A stretch of DNA of 63,828 nt from a virus (lineage: Duplodnaviria > Caudoviricetes). Of the stretch, positions 11,001 through 19,985 are shown one piece after another. A program made the position numbers and the translations under genes. Numbering within the stretch: position 1 is the stretch's first letter; every line of letters begins with the position of its first letter. Under the pieces are notes generated by a model. The model made no database searches and was not told the origin of the DNA. It saw nothing but the letters and a program-made list of their open reading frames with translations. The DNA is taken from positions 1-63,828 of the IMG/VR virus record IMGVR_UViG_3300020044_005158. One strand, 5' to 3'.

Positions 11001-14000
11001 AGATAAGGCTAGAGCTCTTCGTAAGGAAGGAAAGATAGATGAGGCAAATGAGTTGATTGGTCAAGTATATGACGAGATGCAGTTTGCTGAACAGAAGGTT
11101 GGACTTATGCCTGAGTGGGTGTCAGAGACTGCACCTCGTAAAAAGCAAAAGTCTGGTGGAAAGAAAGTAACTGCCCAAAAAGTAAATCAGTCGTTTAAGA
11201 ATCCTGTAAAGAAGGTGATTGTGAATGACCGTACTGCCTTAAGAAATCAACTAAGACTTGAGGCTAGGGCTGCTCGTGAGTCACAAATGGACTTAAAGCA
11301 GAAACAACGTGCATTAATTGTGGCTATCAATAAGATGAAGCGAGGTGGACTTATTACGGTAAATCAGGCATCTATACTTGCTAAAAGACTAGCGTTCGTT
11401 AATGTAGACAATCCAATAATGATCGAGAGATTTTTAGGATACGCTGATAAGTTATTTGCAGATGCTGAATATTCAGCTAAACTTAATTCTGCATTTGAGC
11501 TACAAAAAAAGATAAAGAGAGCTATAAAATCTGATAAGCTTCAAGCAAGTGTTGTAGCTACAGCGAAAGCATTTTCTAAATTGAATCCATCATTAGTTGA
11601 GGATATTGATACATACATTGAGAATGCTGAAAAGGTAATGAACGCAGTTAAGTCGTCTCGTGCAAACGTAAAAGATGGTGTAGATTTAGATAATATTATT
11701 AAAGGCAAAAAGGCAGATATTGCTATTGAATTAAAGACTGCAATGGACTTTAATGAGATTGGTGAGTACACAGATAAAGCTATTGAGTTAGAGAATGAGT
11801 ATAGAAAGAATGAACTAATGTCTATCTACAAGGACTTATCTGATGCAAATATTATCACTAAAGAAATGTCTATCGAAGAGATGAAGGAAGTGATTACGTC
11901 AGTTATGAATGAATCTAAGGATAAAATGCCAGCAGAAGAAAAGCTTGCATACATTATGTCTTGGCTTGGAAGTACTGCAAATGTATACCGTCCAATCATT
12001 AAATCAATGCTTAATGGACGAGATCCGTTTACAGGTGATGATGTAGTTCTTTCTGAGAAGCAGGATCAAATAATTCGTAACTTCCTAAAAATAGATGTCA
12101 CTAAGATGGATGTTCGTGAGGCAATGTTTGTAGTTGAGGCTATGGATAATTTCATTACAAATAAAATCACTGATGGACTTGAGACTGTAATAGCTAAATA
12201 TGAAGGAAACTTAGAAGCTAAGAAATTATCTGATTCAGGATTCAAGACTAGATCCATGAATACATTTGGAAATGAAAAGTCTAAGTTAGGTACTGGTAGG
12301 TTATGGGCGCAAGAGATGATGTCATTAAAGACATTGACTGACTTGGTATTTAGAGGTGTAAATAACGCTCAGAAAATAACTAAGGCAATGGGTCTTTCTG
12401 CATACGAGAATGGAGTAGCACTTGCAAATAGATTATGGAACAACAGCATTGATTCATACTATAACGAGTTCAAGAAGACAAAACCGAATGGAGAAAAGTT
12501 TATGTCAGCAAAAAATATATACGAAAGAGGTATGTATGCTGCACTTAAAAGAACTATTCCGGGAGATCAGAAAGTACAAGATGCTGAATTAAAAAGAAAG
12601 ATTAAGCTAATCAACGACAGTATTTCCACATTGATGAAAGGATCTGAAAGAGATCAAGATATTGCAAAGATGTACTCTGAGGTTGCTGAAAAACTTGGAA
12701 TAAACGAGTCTGGAGTTACAATGCTGGATATAGAGTCAAGAGTTGATTCAAACAATATGAAGGCTGTAGACTGGTGGGTTAGTAAATGGGCTGATAACTA
12801 TAGCGAACTAGCTGATGTAAGTCAGAACGTTTACAATACAATCCTTGATAGAGATATGTACTACACACCTGATAAGTTTTCTAGCACAAAGCCAGTAGAG
12901 AAGTCAGTAGAAGAAGTATTTGAATCAGGAGGTGCATTCGGACAGTTTTTAGATTATGAGTACGACAAGAAATCTGGTGTATTAATGCCTTCAGCAAAAC
13001 AATCATCAATGGCTGAAGGAAGATTCTTGGACCTTAATTTCGATATGAATAACTCAAAATCTTTGAAGGCTGCATTGGTTGACATGAAGACGGCTACATC
13101 CATTCGTAAAATCAGCGGATTCTTAAAGTCAAAGGACTGGGAGAAAGTGATGACGGCAAAAGAAGATAGAGATGTATTCAGAAAGAAGATTGATAACTAC
13201 ATACTTCGAAGCAGAAATAAATCAACTGGTGCAATCGATAATGATTACGCACAGGCATTAGATAAGGCTGGTAAGATTTGGGCATCAATGGGAGCTGCTA
13301 GAGCATTAGGTGGATTTACTCAGCCATTAAAGCAAACGATTCCAGTATTAATGAGTACAATCATTAACTCAGGAAGAGTTGATTTTGCTATAGGTAAGGA
13401 TCAGAATGATTGGATTAGTAAAATAGGTAGAGGGATATCAAACAGAGGGCTTGAATCTCAGGCTGGATTTGAGGATGCAAATAGAATGATGGATGATGCA
13501 GCAAATAGTGGTAACGCTGTAAAGATATTGGCTGCAATAGAAAAATCTAATAGGTTTGTTTTAAGAGCAGTTCTTGCGAAGCCTGACGTATTTATAGCTA
13601 GATCATCTTTCATATCTTACTACAAGCAGTATATGGCTAATAATGGGATGTCTGAGGATATTAATTACTCAAAGCCAGAAGATGCAAATCAAGATGCATT
13701 GGATTATGCTCAACGAATGATTGATCGTCAGCAGAACGTATCTGATGGAGATTTAGCTGGTGAATTTATGTCATCTAATAAACCATATAAAAAATTAGCT
13801 AAAAATATATTATTACCATTTGCTTCATTTGTGATTAATCAGAAGTCAAGAATGTTTACTGATTTCGCAACACTTATGGGTAAGGAGGTATCAAGTCAAG
13901 ATAGAGTATTAGCTATTAGATCATTAAGTGGATTAGCCGCTGAAATTGCTGTATTTAACGCTATAGCATTTGGTATAAAGGCAGGTGTAATTGCAATAGC

Positions 14001-14850
14001 TGGAGAAATAGTACCTCCAGCTCCAGAAGATGAAAAAGAAAAAGAAAAAGAATTATGGAAGCAGTGGGGGTATATTATTGGAAACGTAATTGCAAGTATT
14101 ATTTCTCCAGTTCCATTTACAGATAGTTCTGTAATATCATCTTCTGACTGGGTATATAAGCAGGTAAATAAAATTGCCAAAAGCTCTAGTGGTGAGACGA
14201 AAGAGGCTCTTAAGAAGCATAATGAGGAGAGAGAGTTAAATGGTCAGAGACCACTTGTAGGTAGAGAGGCTGATAGATGGATGGAGAATCATCAGGAAGA
14301 AGATCGATTTAAGATTCGTGCGTATACTAATGAAAACATGGCTGGTACGTATACCATTACATATAATAAATTAGTTGAACTTAAGAAATCATATAACCTA
14401 GCATTCAATGGTGAGTACGAGCAAGATATGTATGGTAAGGTCCAGAAGAAGTATATTCTAAAGGAAGATAGAGACGTTCTTAAATACATGTGGATTGGAA
14501 ATGCAATAACTAATATTGCAGGATTCCCGTCAGAGTATAGCTCTGTAAATAGAAGAGTTGAGAATAACGTCAAGAAGAAGAGTGCAATTTCAGAAAAGAA
14601 ATTTGATACATACAATGATGTTGTTAGCCACAAAGGAGGAGAATTAAATAAGGCAGAATTGTTCTTGGTAAAGAACATGGATGGAACTAAGTCTCAAAGT
14701 GGAACTGATCGTGTAATTGAAGAGATCGAGTGGATTAAAGAGAATGGAGGATTTGATAATGAACGTCAGATGGACAAGTACATTGAAATATATCAAAAGG
14801 AGAAGTCAGTTAGTTCGTCTGACATGTATGAGATTAAAAAAATAAAGTAA
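5044..14850 (+). CDS. Giant polyvalent virion/ejection protein (3268 aa) with zincin-like HExxH domain
   Basis: YHEAFH..EEMVVE motif; HDFFGH..GEENAW..SETRGQ domain; PG-binding-like LQKYL..GF..NG..T segment; tandem N-terminal repeat. Confidence 0.75.
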   Translation: MNEKALQDSYNIFKAQGYNKSIEEYKTLLKSNGNALNDSYKLFKSKGYNKSIDDYKVLMGVSGDPVKKKEPTASVSPSGQKPTSSVTPAKKAQPQSVFLQDADTGGKLEILTGYPQKEDIEYNFANGQWRKRKPGQTSWYNITNEGSISSLNKFFNKEKIPDNKKSVDQQVRDLEDLRELSDQETADALGWSLEDLQKANKGTKVNKVKTTGATVAPNIIEGKDAISVQANSIAKARIELGSSANQEKINDRAKYHENINLQKYLKNKGFDVDVNGDIESDKTKSALDKLKAIEELNEIEDANRSKFISKINSDITSDMLSSPESIDQLRSEFSKNGYVFESFGGSIAGLGVGSGRYIKVKYTLPDGTETREETFDTSDPEASRNMRLFMSQTFMSKSEKEAIIGGDAPTDEMGRFEYMSSLVGKMAANPSKYGRTLVSDEFISNHMKSTYQYLKDEQTGISLEYDNLKKRIDQFKLNPTEEERQLINNKVHEISVREIKLNGQYEKAKETEKNFSSISAAYATEMEKKGGFFTGLTAQFAKGVTSIPKMMLTTSADILPYVVDAVDPITKNRLKNDGYSDSEIADYASKELKNTVVKEIEKGVVNIGSLGQTTEEYLQSEDRGVLENTLGFLANSIGTGLSGGGNGALTKLAFFSQSYNGMSDQMTGPEFDRLTETEKKLISVPYALVIGGLERLGFKFTTSTSKNPLLNKLINNTIAKTFSGIPKDASIQTINRAISESLTATMAQAGLRVVGGSIVEGAVEGSQQLAEISIKNIANRIIGEDEDGFDFFKDVPDITTAEGIKEALKLASVDAAYGALGGAIMSTGENAVSSIKNYGIKKEQEKDFLTLRATLLDGNLRALQDLDIERKLSYGEITQEEADEMTNSMNNATSALGKIPEGLSTSRARESFGLLIERDKLEQEVKGKDENLVVAQKERIKEINNELQTISKDAVQEQAAGEVSVQPEATTSEEVVQGKPKSGPEVVTEEGKKEEVDKKKSDRISEIQSILANDDAKFAEEGQRPLLAEARAELTSELEGLNQESTTKAAPVAEVFEFNGKKYELTNESVTDLETGNLVPIELATQIREEGTVATEANQEQVATLRAQEQVELAEAIPNIDEYKVDGKVAKSTMPADVLAKYEEIYDRYDKLITPLLTTAQPITSKNQVTLDNFQELENQAVQEGNDTKIKTLRAARMVVKSLPGVKVFIHNSPEEYQQALADASGDSIDTIKSEEASERSSGQYVNGEIHVDGSIATERTVYHEAFHDAILKSGLSVEMAKGLLKIISDKKIKSQLEAFISQYESSEQNEEMVVELGAIMAEAGTELSTTKLQQFKQLINKLAQKLGLPVMLPASADRQQVVDFINTMSKAIRTGRAVDLNIKGAKDKTGITEEINPTAPDTGTGVDTSSLENRKKSLIQNLGLVRQKEITQRLKTGIKLSDLGRVISHLTFSDRLVTGKVGDKDYLGGILFAAATNRVWASFSKGRVSSIINGMPVNKDGYRYLMPALLTEQSHMSNKDMMNTSLKLVEDAVINGDVDFNSANDRIRKALNRKGLEKYLEIYNKSIGDNITAKSVKNAIDEAIVNSDSTFENRKTFLEALLGKADIDLTKRFGNLPSFSELANGLAEPITEGHEYGDILLVIRTKGNLIAVQPKEGDADYHPSYPWVIRSVDENGDISDVETLIFDKSYNAINVFPKVTNKIGKTLSYQDYVNKYGDKAKSAYLGYIGGRSTMSTSLTEEVNIEAEQKEKVAEVFKGRKKRMTEPVAGNKLFNEPLRDASVIAKKYSEKSGIEYVTVEKISKLDESNSKEIAAEYDKMKNDPTNPEVRKAYDAMIKETADQYEAILDGGYVVEVNNNEPYSSSEDMIQDLRDNKRMKIFSTESGFGDDPITDEQRAENPLLQKTKYSDVNGIPLLANDLFRFVHDFFGHAKLGNGFGPIGEENAWRVHSVMYSDLARRAMTSETRGQNSWVNFSGANDAVFKLRDKARALRKEGKIDEANELIGQVYDEMQFAEQKVGLMPEWVSETAPRKKQKSGGKKVTAQKVNQSFKNPVKKVIVNDRTALRNQLRLEARAARESQMDLKQKQRALIVAINKMKRGGLITVNQASILAKRLAFVNVDNPIMIERFLGYADKLFADAEYSAKLNSAFELQKKIKRAIKSDKLQASVVATAKAFSKLNPSLVEDIDTYIENAEKVMNAVKSSRANVKDGVDLDNIIKGKKADIAIELKTAMDFNEIGEYTDKAIELENEYRKNELMSIYKDLSDANIITKEMSIEEMKEVITSVMNESKDKMPAEEKLAYIMSWLGSTANVYRPIIKSMLNGRDPFTGDDVVLSEKQDQIIRNFLKIDVTKMDVREAMFVVEAMDNFITNKITDGLETVIAKYEGNLEAKKLSDSGFKTRSMNTFGNEKSKLGTGRLWAQEMMSLKTLTDLVFRGVNNAQKITKAMGLSAYENGVALANRLWNNSIDSYYNEFKKTKPNGEKFMSAKNIYERGMYAALKRTIPGDQKVQDAELKRKIKLINDSISTLMKGSERDQDIAKMYSEVAEKLGINESGVTMLDIESRVDSNNMKAVDWWVSKWADNYSELADVSQNVYNTILDRDMYYTPDKFSSTKPVEKSVEEVFESGGAFGQFLDYEYDKKSGVLMPSAKQSSMAEGRFLDLNFDMNNSKSLKAALVDMKTATSIRKISGFLKSKDWEKVMTAKEDRDVFRKKIDNYILRSRNKSTGAIDNDYAQALDKAGKIWASMGAARALGGFTQPLKQTIPVLMSTIINSGRVDFAIGKDQNDWISKIGRGISNRGLESQAGFEDANRMMDDAANSGNAVKILAAIEKSNRFVLRAVLAKPDVFIARSSFISYYKQYMANNGMSEDINYSKPEDANQDALDYAQRMIDRQQNVSDGDLAGEFMSSNKPYKKLAKNILLPFASFVINQKSRMFTDFATLMGKEVSSQDRVLAIRSLSGLAAEIAVFNAIAFGIKAGVIAIAGEIVPPAPEDEKEKEKELWKQWGYIIGNVIASIISPVPFTDSSVISSSDWVYKQVNKIAKSSSGETKEALKKHNEERELNGQRPLVGREADRWMENHQEEDRFKIRAYTNENMAGTYTITYNKLVELKKSYNLAFNGEYEQDMYGKVQKKYILKEDRDVLKYMWIGNAITNIAGFPSEYSSVNRRVENNVKKKSAISEKKFDTYNDVVSHKGGELNKAELFLVKNMDGTKSQSGTDRVIEEIEWIKENGGFDNERQMDKYIEIYQKEKSVSSSDMYEIKKIK
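7901..8032 (+). CDS. Nested small basic protein MPFKSKQQVKFLYSQKPQLAKKW... (43 aa), +1 frame inside the giant gene
   Basis: ATG after A-rich leader, TAG at 8030-8032; resembles the widespread phage MPFKS..Q..L....P..A..W small proteins. Confidence 0.7.
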   Translation: MPFKSKQQVKFLYSQKPQLAKKWSKENPNQDLKSLPKKVKKKK

Positions 14851-14852
14851 AG

Positions 14853-14882
14853 AAAAAGCCCCGATCGAAACCGGGGCTTTCT
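14853..14882. terminator. Intrinsic terminator between the convergent arms
   Basis: AAAAAGCCCCG..CGGGGCTTT hairpin with A and T flanks. Confidence 0.75.
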
Positions 14883-14885
14883 ATT

Positions 14886-14976
14886 CCTTAAGTATGTAAT
14901 GTTCGGATTATATCTCGTCATTCTAATCAGATTCTTTTCTTAACCAAGCGCTTGGTGCCTGAACCGATACTTAAGG
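14886..14976. ncRNA. Candidate multi-branch structured RNA
   Basis: CCTTAAGTAT/ATACTTAAGG closing stem enclosing further hairpins. Confidence 0.35.
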
Positions 14977-14980
14977 CGTG

Positions 14981-15106
14981 TTAATTATACTTAAAGTCTA
15001 TAGTTACGCATAACCATGATACATAACAGTAGTGAGTAGCCTTAAAATCCCAATTTGGAAGTAGTAGCCATTCTGTAGGATGAATATTAATTTGTCGTAA
15101 TTTCAT
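14981..15106 (-). CDS. Small hypothetical protein (41 aa, MKLRQINIHP...)
   Basis: Manual translation; AT-rich leader. Confidence 0.5.
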   Translation of the reverse strand: MKLRQINIHPTEWLLLPNWDFKATHYCYVSWLCVTIDFKYN

Positions 15107-15128
15107 TGTATTTTATTTATCTGATTAC

Positions 15129-16259
15129 TTAAAATATATGTGTTAATCTAGCTACCTGACCGTGCTCCTTATGAAACACAAATCCCTCAATAGCTACAGG
15201 TGACCATTGATAACCTTGGCGGTGGTGCCAGCTGTCTGTACCACTTGGAGAACGCAGAGTCTCAACGTTTACAGACATGTAATCCTTACTACTCTTGTGA
15301 TGTATGTGATGTCCAAACACAAATCGGTGCTTACAGTGATGCCAGTGTTCAGAGGCTTCGTGAGCCATAAGCATTGGAAGGTCTGTAACCTTGGCGCCAT
15401 CCATGTGAGTAGTTCCGATTAGGTTCTTACCATAAACGGAATACTTTCTGTGAGACATATCTGTGTTGAAACTAACGTTCTTACTTTCACGGAACCAGCT
15501 CTTAACTGAGTCAATCATCATGAATCCAGACATGTAGTCATGATTTGATGGGTTATATACAACCTCAACGTCAGCTATTGTCATCAGTGTTTCAATGATT
15601 TCAACAATTAGTTTCTTAGCAATGACGAAGTTATCGTACCACATTCCGTCCGTGTCTTGAGGGGTTCCACTAGTTGTGGTCCTTCTAGGTGTGTCGGTAT
15701 GTAGTACATCATTTCCAGCAACAAAGATAACCTTGTCAATATTCCATCCGTTAGACTTCTGAATAATTCCATGAAGACCTTCACGAACTCGTTTAACAGC
15801 TATCTGTTGGTTGTAGTCCTCTCCAGTCTCAAATGAGCTGCAAAGTTTCCCAATATGGATATCTGCAGGATCAAATAATAAACAGTGACCGTCCTTAATT
15901 GGCTTGCGTTCAATCGTCACGTATTTAGGACTCCATTTAGATATCTCTTCAATCAGGTTATCACGGAAGTCTTCATACCTGAACTCGTTACTGTCTCCCT
16001 TAACCTTTAAACTGAAGTGCTTGCTCTTGTGCCAGTACGCATCAACCTTTGACGGATCGATACCAACTCTTTCACACTCAGCAATTAGAGCTGGGTCATG
16101 TTTTTTAGCCTCTACCTTTAGTATGCAACGGCTTGTGGCATGTCTAACTGCATTGTACTCTAACGATAACTCCTCAGATATGATCCTAGCCATGGCAGAC
16201 TTATTGGTCATGCCAGAAGCATACAGCTCTAAGGCTCGTTTTTTAACTTCTTTATTCAT
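15129..16259 (-). CDS. Calcineurin-like metallophosphoesterase with N-terminal HTH-like region
   Basis: DIHIGK, GND, NHD, THMD and GHHIHH motifs. Confidence 0.8.
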   Translation of the reverse strand: MNKEVKKRALELYASGMTNKSAMARIISEELSLEYNAVRHATSRCILKVEAKKHDPALIAECERVGIDPSKVDAYWHKSKHFSLKVKGDSNEFRYEDFRDNLIEEISKWSPKYVTIERKPIKDGHCLLFDPADIHIGKLCSSFETGEDYNQQIAVKRVREGLHGIIQKSNGWNIDKVIFVAGNDVLHTDTPRRTTTSGTPQDTDGMWYDNFVIAKKLIVEIIETLMTIADVEVVYNPSNHDYMSGFMMIDSVKSWFRESKNVSFNTDMSHRKYSVYGKNLIGTTHMDGAKVTDLPMLMAHEASEHWHHCKHRFVFGHHIHHKSSKDYMSVNVETLRSPSGTDSWHHRQGYQWSPVAIEGFVFHKEHGQVARLTHIF

Positions 16260-16455
16260 CCTTGATTGATTTTCGAATGTCCAGTAGGACCTTATTCAAT
16301 TTCTTAATTGCTGTCTCCACCTCGTCCTGACTTCCATCAGATAGTGCCTCATACAGCTCACGATTATATTCGTCAATCTCATCCATAGTTGAGTTGACCC
16401 ATTGTATATTTCGAATCATGCTCGCAAAGCTAAGACATTGATTACTAATATCCAA
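16252..16455 (-). CDS. Hypothetical protein
   Basis: Operon-packed ORF. Confidence 0.5.
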   Translation of the reverse strand: MDISNQCLSFASMIRNIQWVNSTMDEIDEYNRELYEALSDGSQDEVETAIKKLNKVLLDIRKSIKDE

Positions 16456-16461
16456 ATAAAA

Positions 16462-16890
16462 TTACAGTTGGTCTATGAATTTATCTAACTGTAAGACAAG
16501 TTTTCTACCATATCTTTTGCTTCTTTCGATTGGAATGTATATATTTTCGATAGTTCTTAACTCATAGTCCAAGTAGTATATACCTTCTTTTGAGTTATTA
16601 ACGTACTTAGATTTTGGATACATCCCTTTATCAATCCACTCAAACAAAAACTTGTTTACCTCCTTCATGCAGTCCTTTCTAGGTGTGCACTTTAGGTAGT
16701 TGTATACGGTAGACCGTTCGACATGTATGATCTTAGCTATACTTGGAATTGATGCCCCTTGACTTTCTAGTTGTACCACTACCTGACGTCGCATCTCTGA
16801 CACCCAGTCGCCAAATCGTACACGATATAGCGGCTTGAAGTATTCATGAATTTTTACGATTTGATTTTCTGTTAACTGCTCCATTGACAT
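16462..16890 (-). CDS. HTH DNA-binding protein
   Basis: SIPSIAKIIHVERSTVYNYL helix-turn-helix. Confidence 0.6.
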   Translation of the reverse strand: MSMEQLTENQIVKIHEYFKPLYRVRFGDWVSEMRRQVVVQLESQGASIPSIAKIIHVERSTVYNYLKCTPRKDCMKEVNKFLFEWIDKGMYPKSKYVNNSKEGIYYLDYELRTIENIYIPIERSKRYGRKLVLQLDKFIDQL

Positions 16891-17123
16891 TTACTTGAAA
16901 AATTTAAATTACTTACTTTATATACGAGTCTGTATCTCGACATCTCTCTATCCTTGAACATTCTATTTACTGACTTAATAAACATATCATGGTGCACGTC
17001 CTTATCATCAATCAGTACTACTGGGTATCTGGTTAGTAACTTATGTATTGGATGAAGCCTTGACTTACTGTTTAATGGGATTAGTTTAATATCAATGTCT
17101 GCTATGTATACCGAGGCGTTCAT
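16872..17123 (-). CDS. Hypothetical protein
   Basis: Overlapping start/stop in operon. Confidence 0.5.
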   Translation of the reverse strand: MNASVYIADIDIKLIPLNSKSRLHPIHKLLTRYPVVLIDDKDVHHDMFIKSVNRMFKDREMSRYRLVYKVSNLNFSSKCQWSS

Positions 17124-17350
17124 AGCTTCTTAAATACAATATTACATTCGTGCAGGTGTTCAGCCAGACGACCTAGGTTAGCCTCACGCATTGGCTGAAA
17201 CTCGGCATCAAGAACTACTGCATGTTTGATGATTAGTTCGTTGTTACTTACTGAATATACGTCAATCAGGATGTTATGCATCTTTGGTACCTTCAGGTCA
17301 AACATCTCAGCTAGTAGCTGTACGTTAGGATTGGCTAGTGTTGCTTTCAT
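17120..17350 (-). CDS. Hypothetical protein
   Basis: Overlapping start/stop in operon. Confidence 0.5.
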   Translation of the reverse strand: MKATLANPNVQLLAEMFDLKVPKMHNILIDVYSVSNNELIIKHAVVLDAEFQPMREANLGRLAEHLHECNIVFKKL

Positions 17351-17762
17351 ATAGTTCTTCGTTGGTTAGTGCAAAGTACAAATTTTGTAGTTGATGTACG
17401 TTATTAATATCTATGTTTAAAGTGTAACATTCATCAGAGAAATAATCTCCAATAAATCCAACTTTAAAAGGCATTGATATAGTAAGCGTTTCACAGTGAT
17501 TTTCACTTCCAACTATAATACTTTTACTATAAATTTTCTCTTCATAATCGTGCGTATATCTTTTTACTTCCTTAAAACCAAACTTCAACAACCATTCTTC
17601 TGTTAGTGGGATTGGTTCAATGTGATTATGATGACCAGTATTTCTGTATGGACTCCATGCTATTATCTTGTCACTTAAAGAAGTTATTTTAACAATTTCT
17701 TCGTTAGACCTATTTATAGTCTCATAAACTAAATTCCCTATTCTTAATTCGTTTGCTTTCAT
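17325..17762 (-). CDS. Phage protein of MKA.ELRIGN...LQNLYFALT family (paralog of 25123-25497)
   Basis: PIPLTEEWLLKFGF and VHQLQNLYFALT motifs. Confidence 0.7.
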   Translation of the reverse strand: MKANELRIGNLVYETINRSNEEIVKITSLSDKIIAWSPYRNTGHHNHIEPIPLTEEWLLKFGFKEVKRYTHDYEEKIYSKSIIVGSENHCETLTISMPFKVGFIGDYFSDECYTLNIDINNVHQLQNLYFALTNEELYESNTSQS

Positions 17763-17816
17763 AATTACTTACTTTAAAATGTCCAGTATATTTCAATAAA
17801 AACTAGAAATATTTCC

Positions 17817-18104
17817 TTATAATTCGTTTACTGTTATTGACTTGTGGGGTTTTGACAGGTATACGTTTGTACCATAAGGTGGCTTGATAGAATCAACAAA
17901 TATATCATCCAAGTAAATAGCGATAGACTTTACTTCACCTACTATTTTACGATCCCCATCCGTTATTAACGTAACACTGTCTCCAATATTGCATGGCGCA
18001 CATTTCTCAATGTATTCCTTGCGAAGATTAGCTAATGCCTTATTGATTGCATTGATCTCTTCATGCAATTCTTTCTTTCTGTTTACATACGATTCTTTAG
18101 TCAT
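17817..18104 (-). CDS. Hypothetical protein
   Basis: Operon-packed ORF. Confidence 0.55.
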   Translation of the reverse strand: MTKESYVNRKKELHEEINAINKALANLRKEYIEKCAPCNIGDSVTLITDGDRKIVGEVKSIAIYLDDIFVDSIKPPYGTNVYLSKPHKSITVNEL

Positions 18105-18109
18105 CTTTT

Positions 18110-18367
18110 CTATTCTTTAAATAATTTAGTTTCTCCGTCATGTACGAAACACTTTACGTACTTAGACAGCTCTTTCATTCTGTATTTCTGCAACTCTCTC
18201 GGTTGCTTGCCGGGTTGTTTAACCTCGTAAAACTCAGCAATGCCAGAAGGTCTTATGCATACAAGGTCAGGTATTCCTGTCTTGTTTGTTACCGACAACT
18301 TGATCACATAGCAACCCTCTGACTCTAGCTGGTTAATTAGTTTTGACTGGATCTTTGACTCACTCAT
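18110..18367 (-). CDS. VRR-NUC nuclease
   Basis: E..IQ, GIPDL, EVK and LQ motifs. Confidence 0.8.
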   Translation of the reverse strand: MSESKIQSKLINQLESEGCYVIKLSVTNKTGIPDLVCIRPSGIAEFYEVKQPGKQPRELQKYRMKELSKYVKCFVHDGETKLFKE

Positions 18368-19590
18368 TTATAATCCTTCTTGAAGATATTAACTGTGTAC
18401 TTCTTCTTTGACTTTACAACCTTGTATATCTTATCTTCGATCCCCCCGTCTGCAAATATCCAGTAGACATTGTTCTCAAGTCTATCCATGGTAGCCATAC
18501 GGTCAGTTGCTTGTAGGTAAGACACAGCTGAGTGCTGTATGTTCATGAACACCAAGCAGTTGGCTTCCTTGAGTGATATGCCCTCCCTTGAGCTGACTAC
18601 CTGACCTGCAAAATGCTTGTCTGTAGTCTGAAACTCATGGAGGTCTGTTGTTATCTCATCACCGAATACTGACAAAAGTAAGTCAAGTTCTTTTTTAAAA
18701 CAATAAAATATGCCAATTTTTTTACCAGCAAAGTATTCTTTTATAAATTCAGCCTTTGTTTTGTCAATCATTACAGCAAGTCCACTCTCTAGTTTACATG
18801 TCCCGGAGTACAGCTGCATTAGCTTCTGCATTAGCTTGGCAGGTGTGTCGGCAAGTATTACGTCCGAGCTACCCTCAAACACTAAATCCTTCATTAACTT
18901 ATCGCATATCTTATAGGTTACTGGATTCATCTTGACGTACAAAACCTTCTCATTTATTTTTGACTTAAACCCTGACTGCTCCTGAGTATGTGTTATCATG
19001 TAGGGCTGTATGTCATGCATTATCTTAGCCTCAATTCCAGCTGAGTAGTCATTGATGGTCAAACTATTTATCTTACGCTGTACGATGTTCACGTAGTCAT
19101 GTGCCCACTTGTAGAAGTTACGGTAGTGCACCCAAGGTGAACGGCTTGATATCCAGAACTGATGGTATACCTGAGAGAATGACTCAGGTGACATAGTACC
19201 TGACAGCATGATGATTGGCTTCAAGAAGAAGCGTTCTCTCATACGTTTAGCCAGCTGTCCGGGCTTAGGTAGTCCTGCAGCCTTGTGTGCCTCGTCGAAG
19301 ATGATAACGTCAAACGAGTCAGCGTCTTGTAGCTTATGGAGTGACTCATGGTTTGTTACTACAATCTCAAATTGGTATCCAAATTCATTGTAGTCCTCAA
19401 GTATGCTTGATATTGCCTTCTTTCTTGTTAGAAATAGTACCTTCTTGGCTCCATACATCTCGGCTATCTTCATTGACGTAGCTGTCTTACCAGTCCGAAC
19501 TTCCATGGCTAAATACAGCAAACTGAGTTTTCTGAGTATGTCACTCCCTCTGTTTGCTATATCTAACTGATAGTCTCTTAGTTGCTTCAT
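18364..19590 (-). CDS. SF2 (SNF2-like) helicase
   Basis: LRDYQ, RTGKT, DEAH, LSGT, EGISL, QATDR. Confidence 0.85.
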   Translation of the reverse strand: MKQLRDYQLDIANRGSDILRKLSLLYLAMEVRTGKTATSMKIAEMYGAKKVLFLTRKKAISSILEDYNEFGYQFEIVVTNHESLHKLQDADSFDVIIFDEAHKAAGLPKPGQLAKRMRERFFLKPIIMLSGTMSPESFSQVYHQFWISSRSPWVHYRNFYKWAHDYVNIVQRKINSLTINDYSAGIEAKIMHDIQPYMITHTQEQSGFKSKINEKVLYVKMNPVTYKICDKLMKDLVFEGSSDVILADTPAKLMQKLMQLYSGTCKLESGLAVMIDKTKAEFIKEYFAGKKIGIFYCFKKELDLLLSVFGDEITTDLHEFQTTDKHFAGQVVSSREGISLKEANCLVFMNIQHSAVSYLQATDRMATMDRLENNVYWIFADGGIEDKIYKVVKSKKKYTVNIFKKDYK

Positions 19591-19592
19591 AG

Positions 19593-19985
19593 TTACATAC
19601 TATCATAATCAAATTCCTCACGAACTGGATCAACTATCTTAATCCATCGATCAGGATCAATGTAGTTACATACGATCAACATCTTGGACCAGTTACCAAT
19701 CCATGTTAGGTAGTCGTCATACTCCTGTCTGTTCAAGAATCCAAGCGCCACATTCTTCATGTGTTTCTTAGTTCTTAACAGACTGTCAATCGTGTAGTCA
19801 TCATGATTGTGATAGTTGTCCACCATCCCACACCACCAGACTAACTCACGTCCGGTCTTCTTGAGTCCTTTATGTACTGCATCAACGAAGTCCATGCCTC
19901 CGTTATAACTTCCAAACTTCTTGTAAAGGAAGTCGACAGCATCTACGCTGTCTTTAACTCCCTTAAATTCATTTATCAAATTCAT
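19593..19985 (-). CDS. Hypothetical protein
   Basis: Operon-packed ORF. Confidence 0.55.
   Translation of the reverse strand: MNLINEFKGVKDSVDAVDFLYKKFGSYNGGMDFVDAVHKGLKKTGRELVWWCGMVDNYHNHDDYTIDSLLRTKKHMKNVALGFLNRQEYDDYLTWIGNWSKMLIVCNYIDPDRWIKIVDPVREEFDYDSM

Noticed and set aside
8109-14678. Minus-strand ORFs within the giant gene (and similar shadows elsewhere)
   Set aside because: Antisense shadows of strongly biased coding frames, with no leaders or motifs
5044-14850. Virion RNA polymerase
   Set aside because: No DxDxD-type or T7-type polymerase motif recognised; promoters are of the host sigma type
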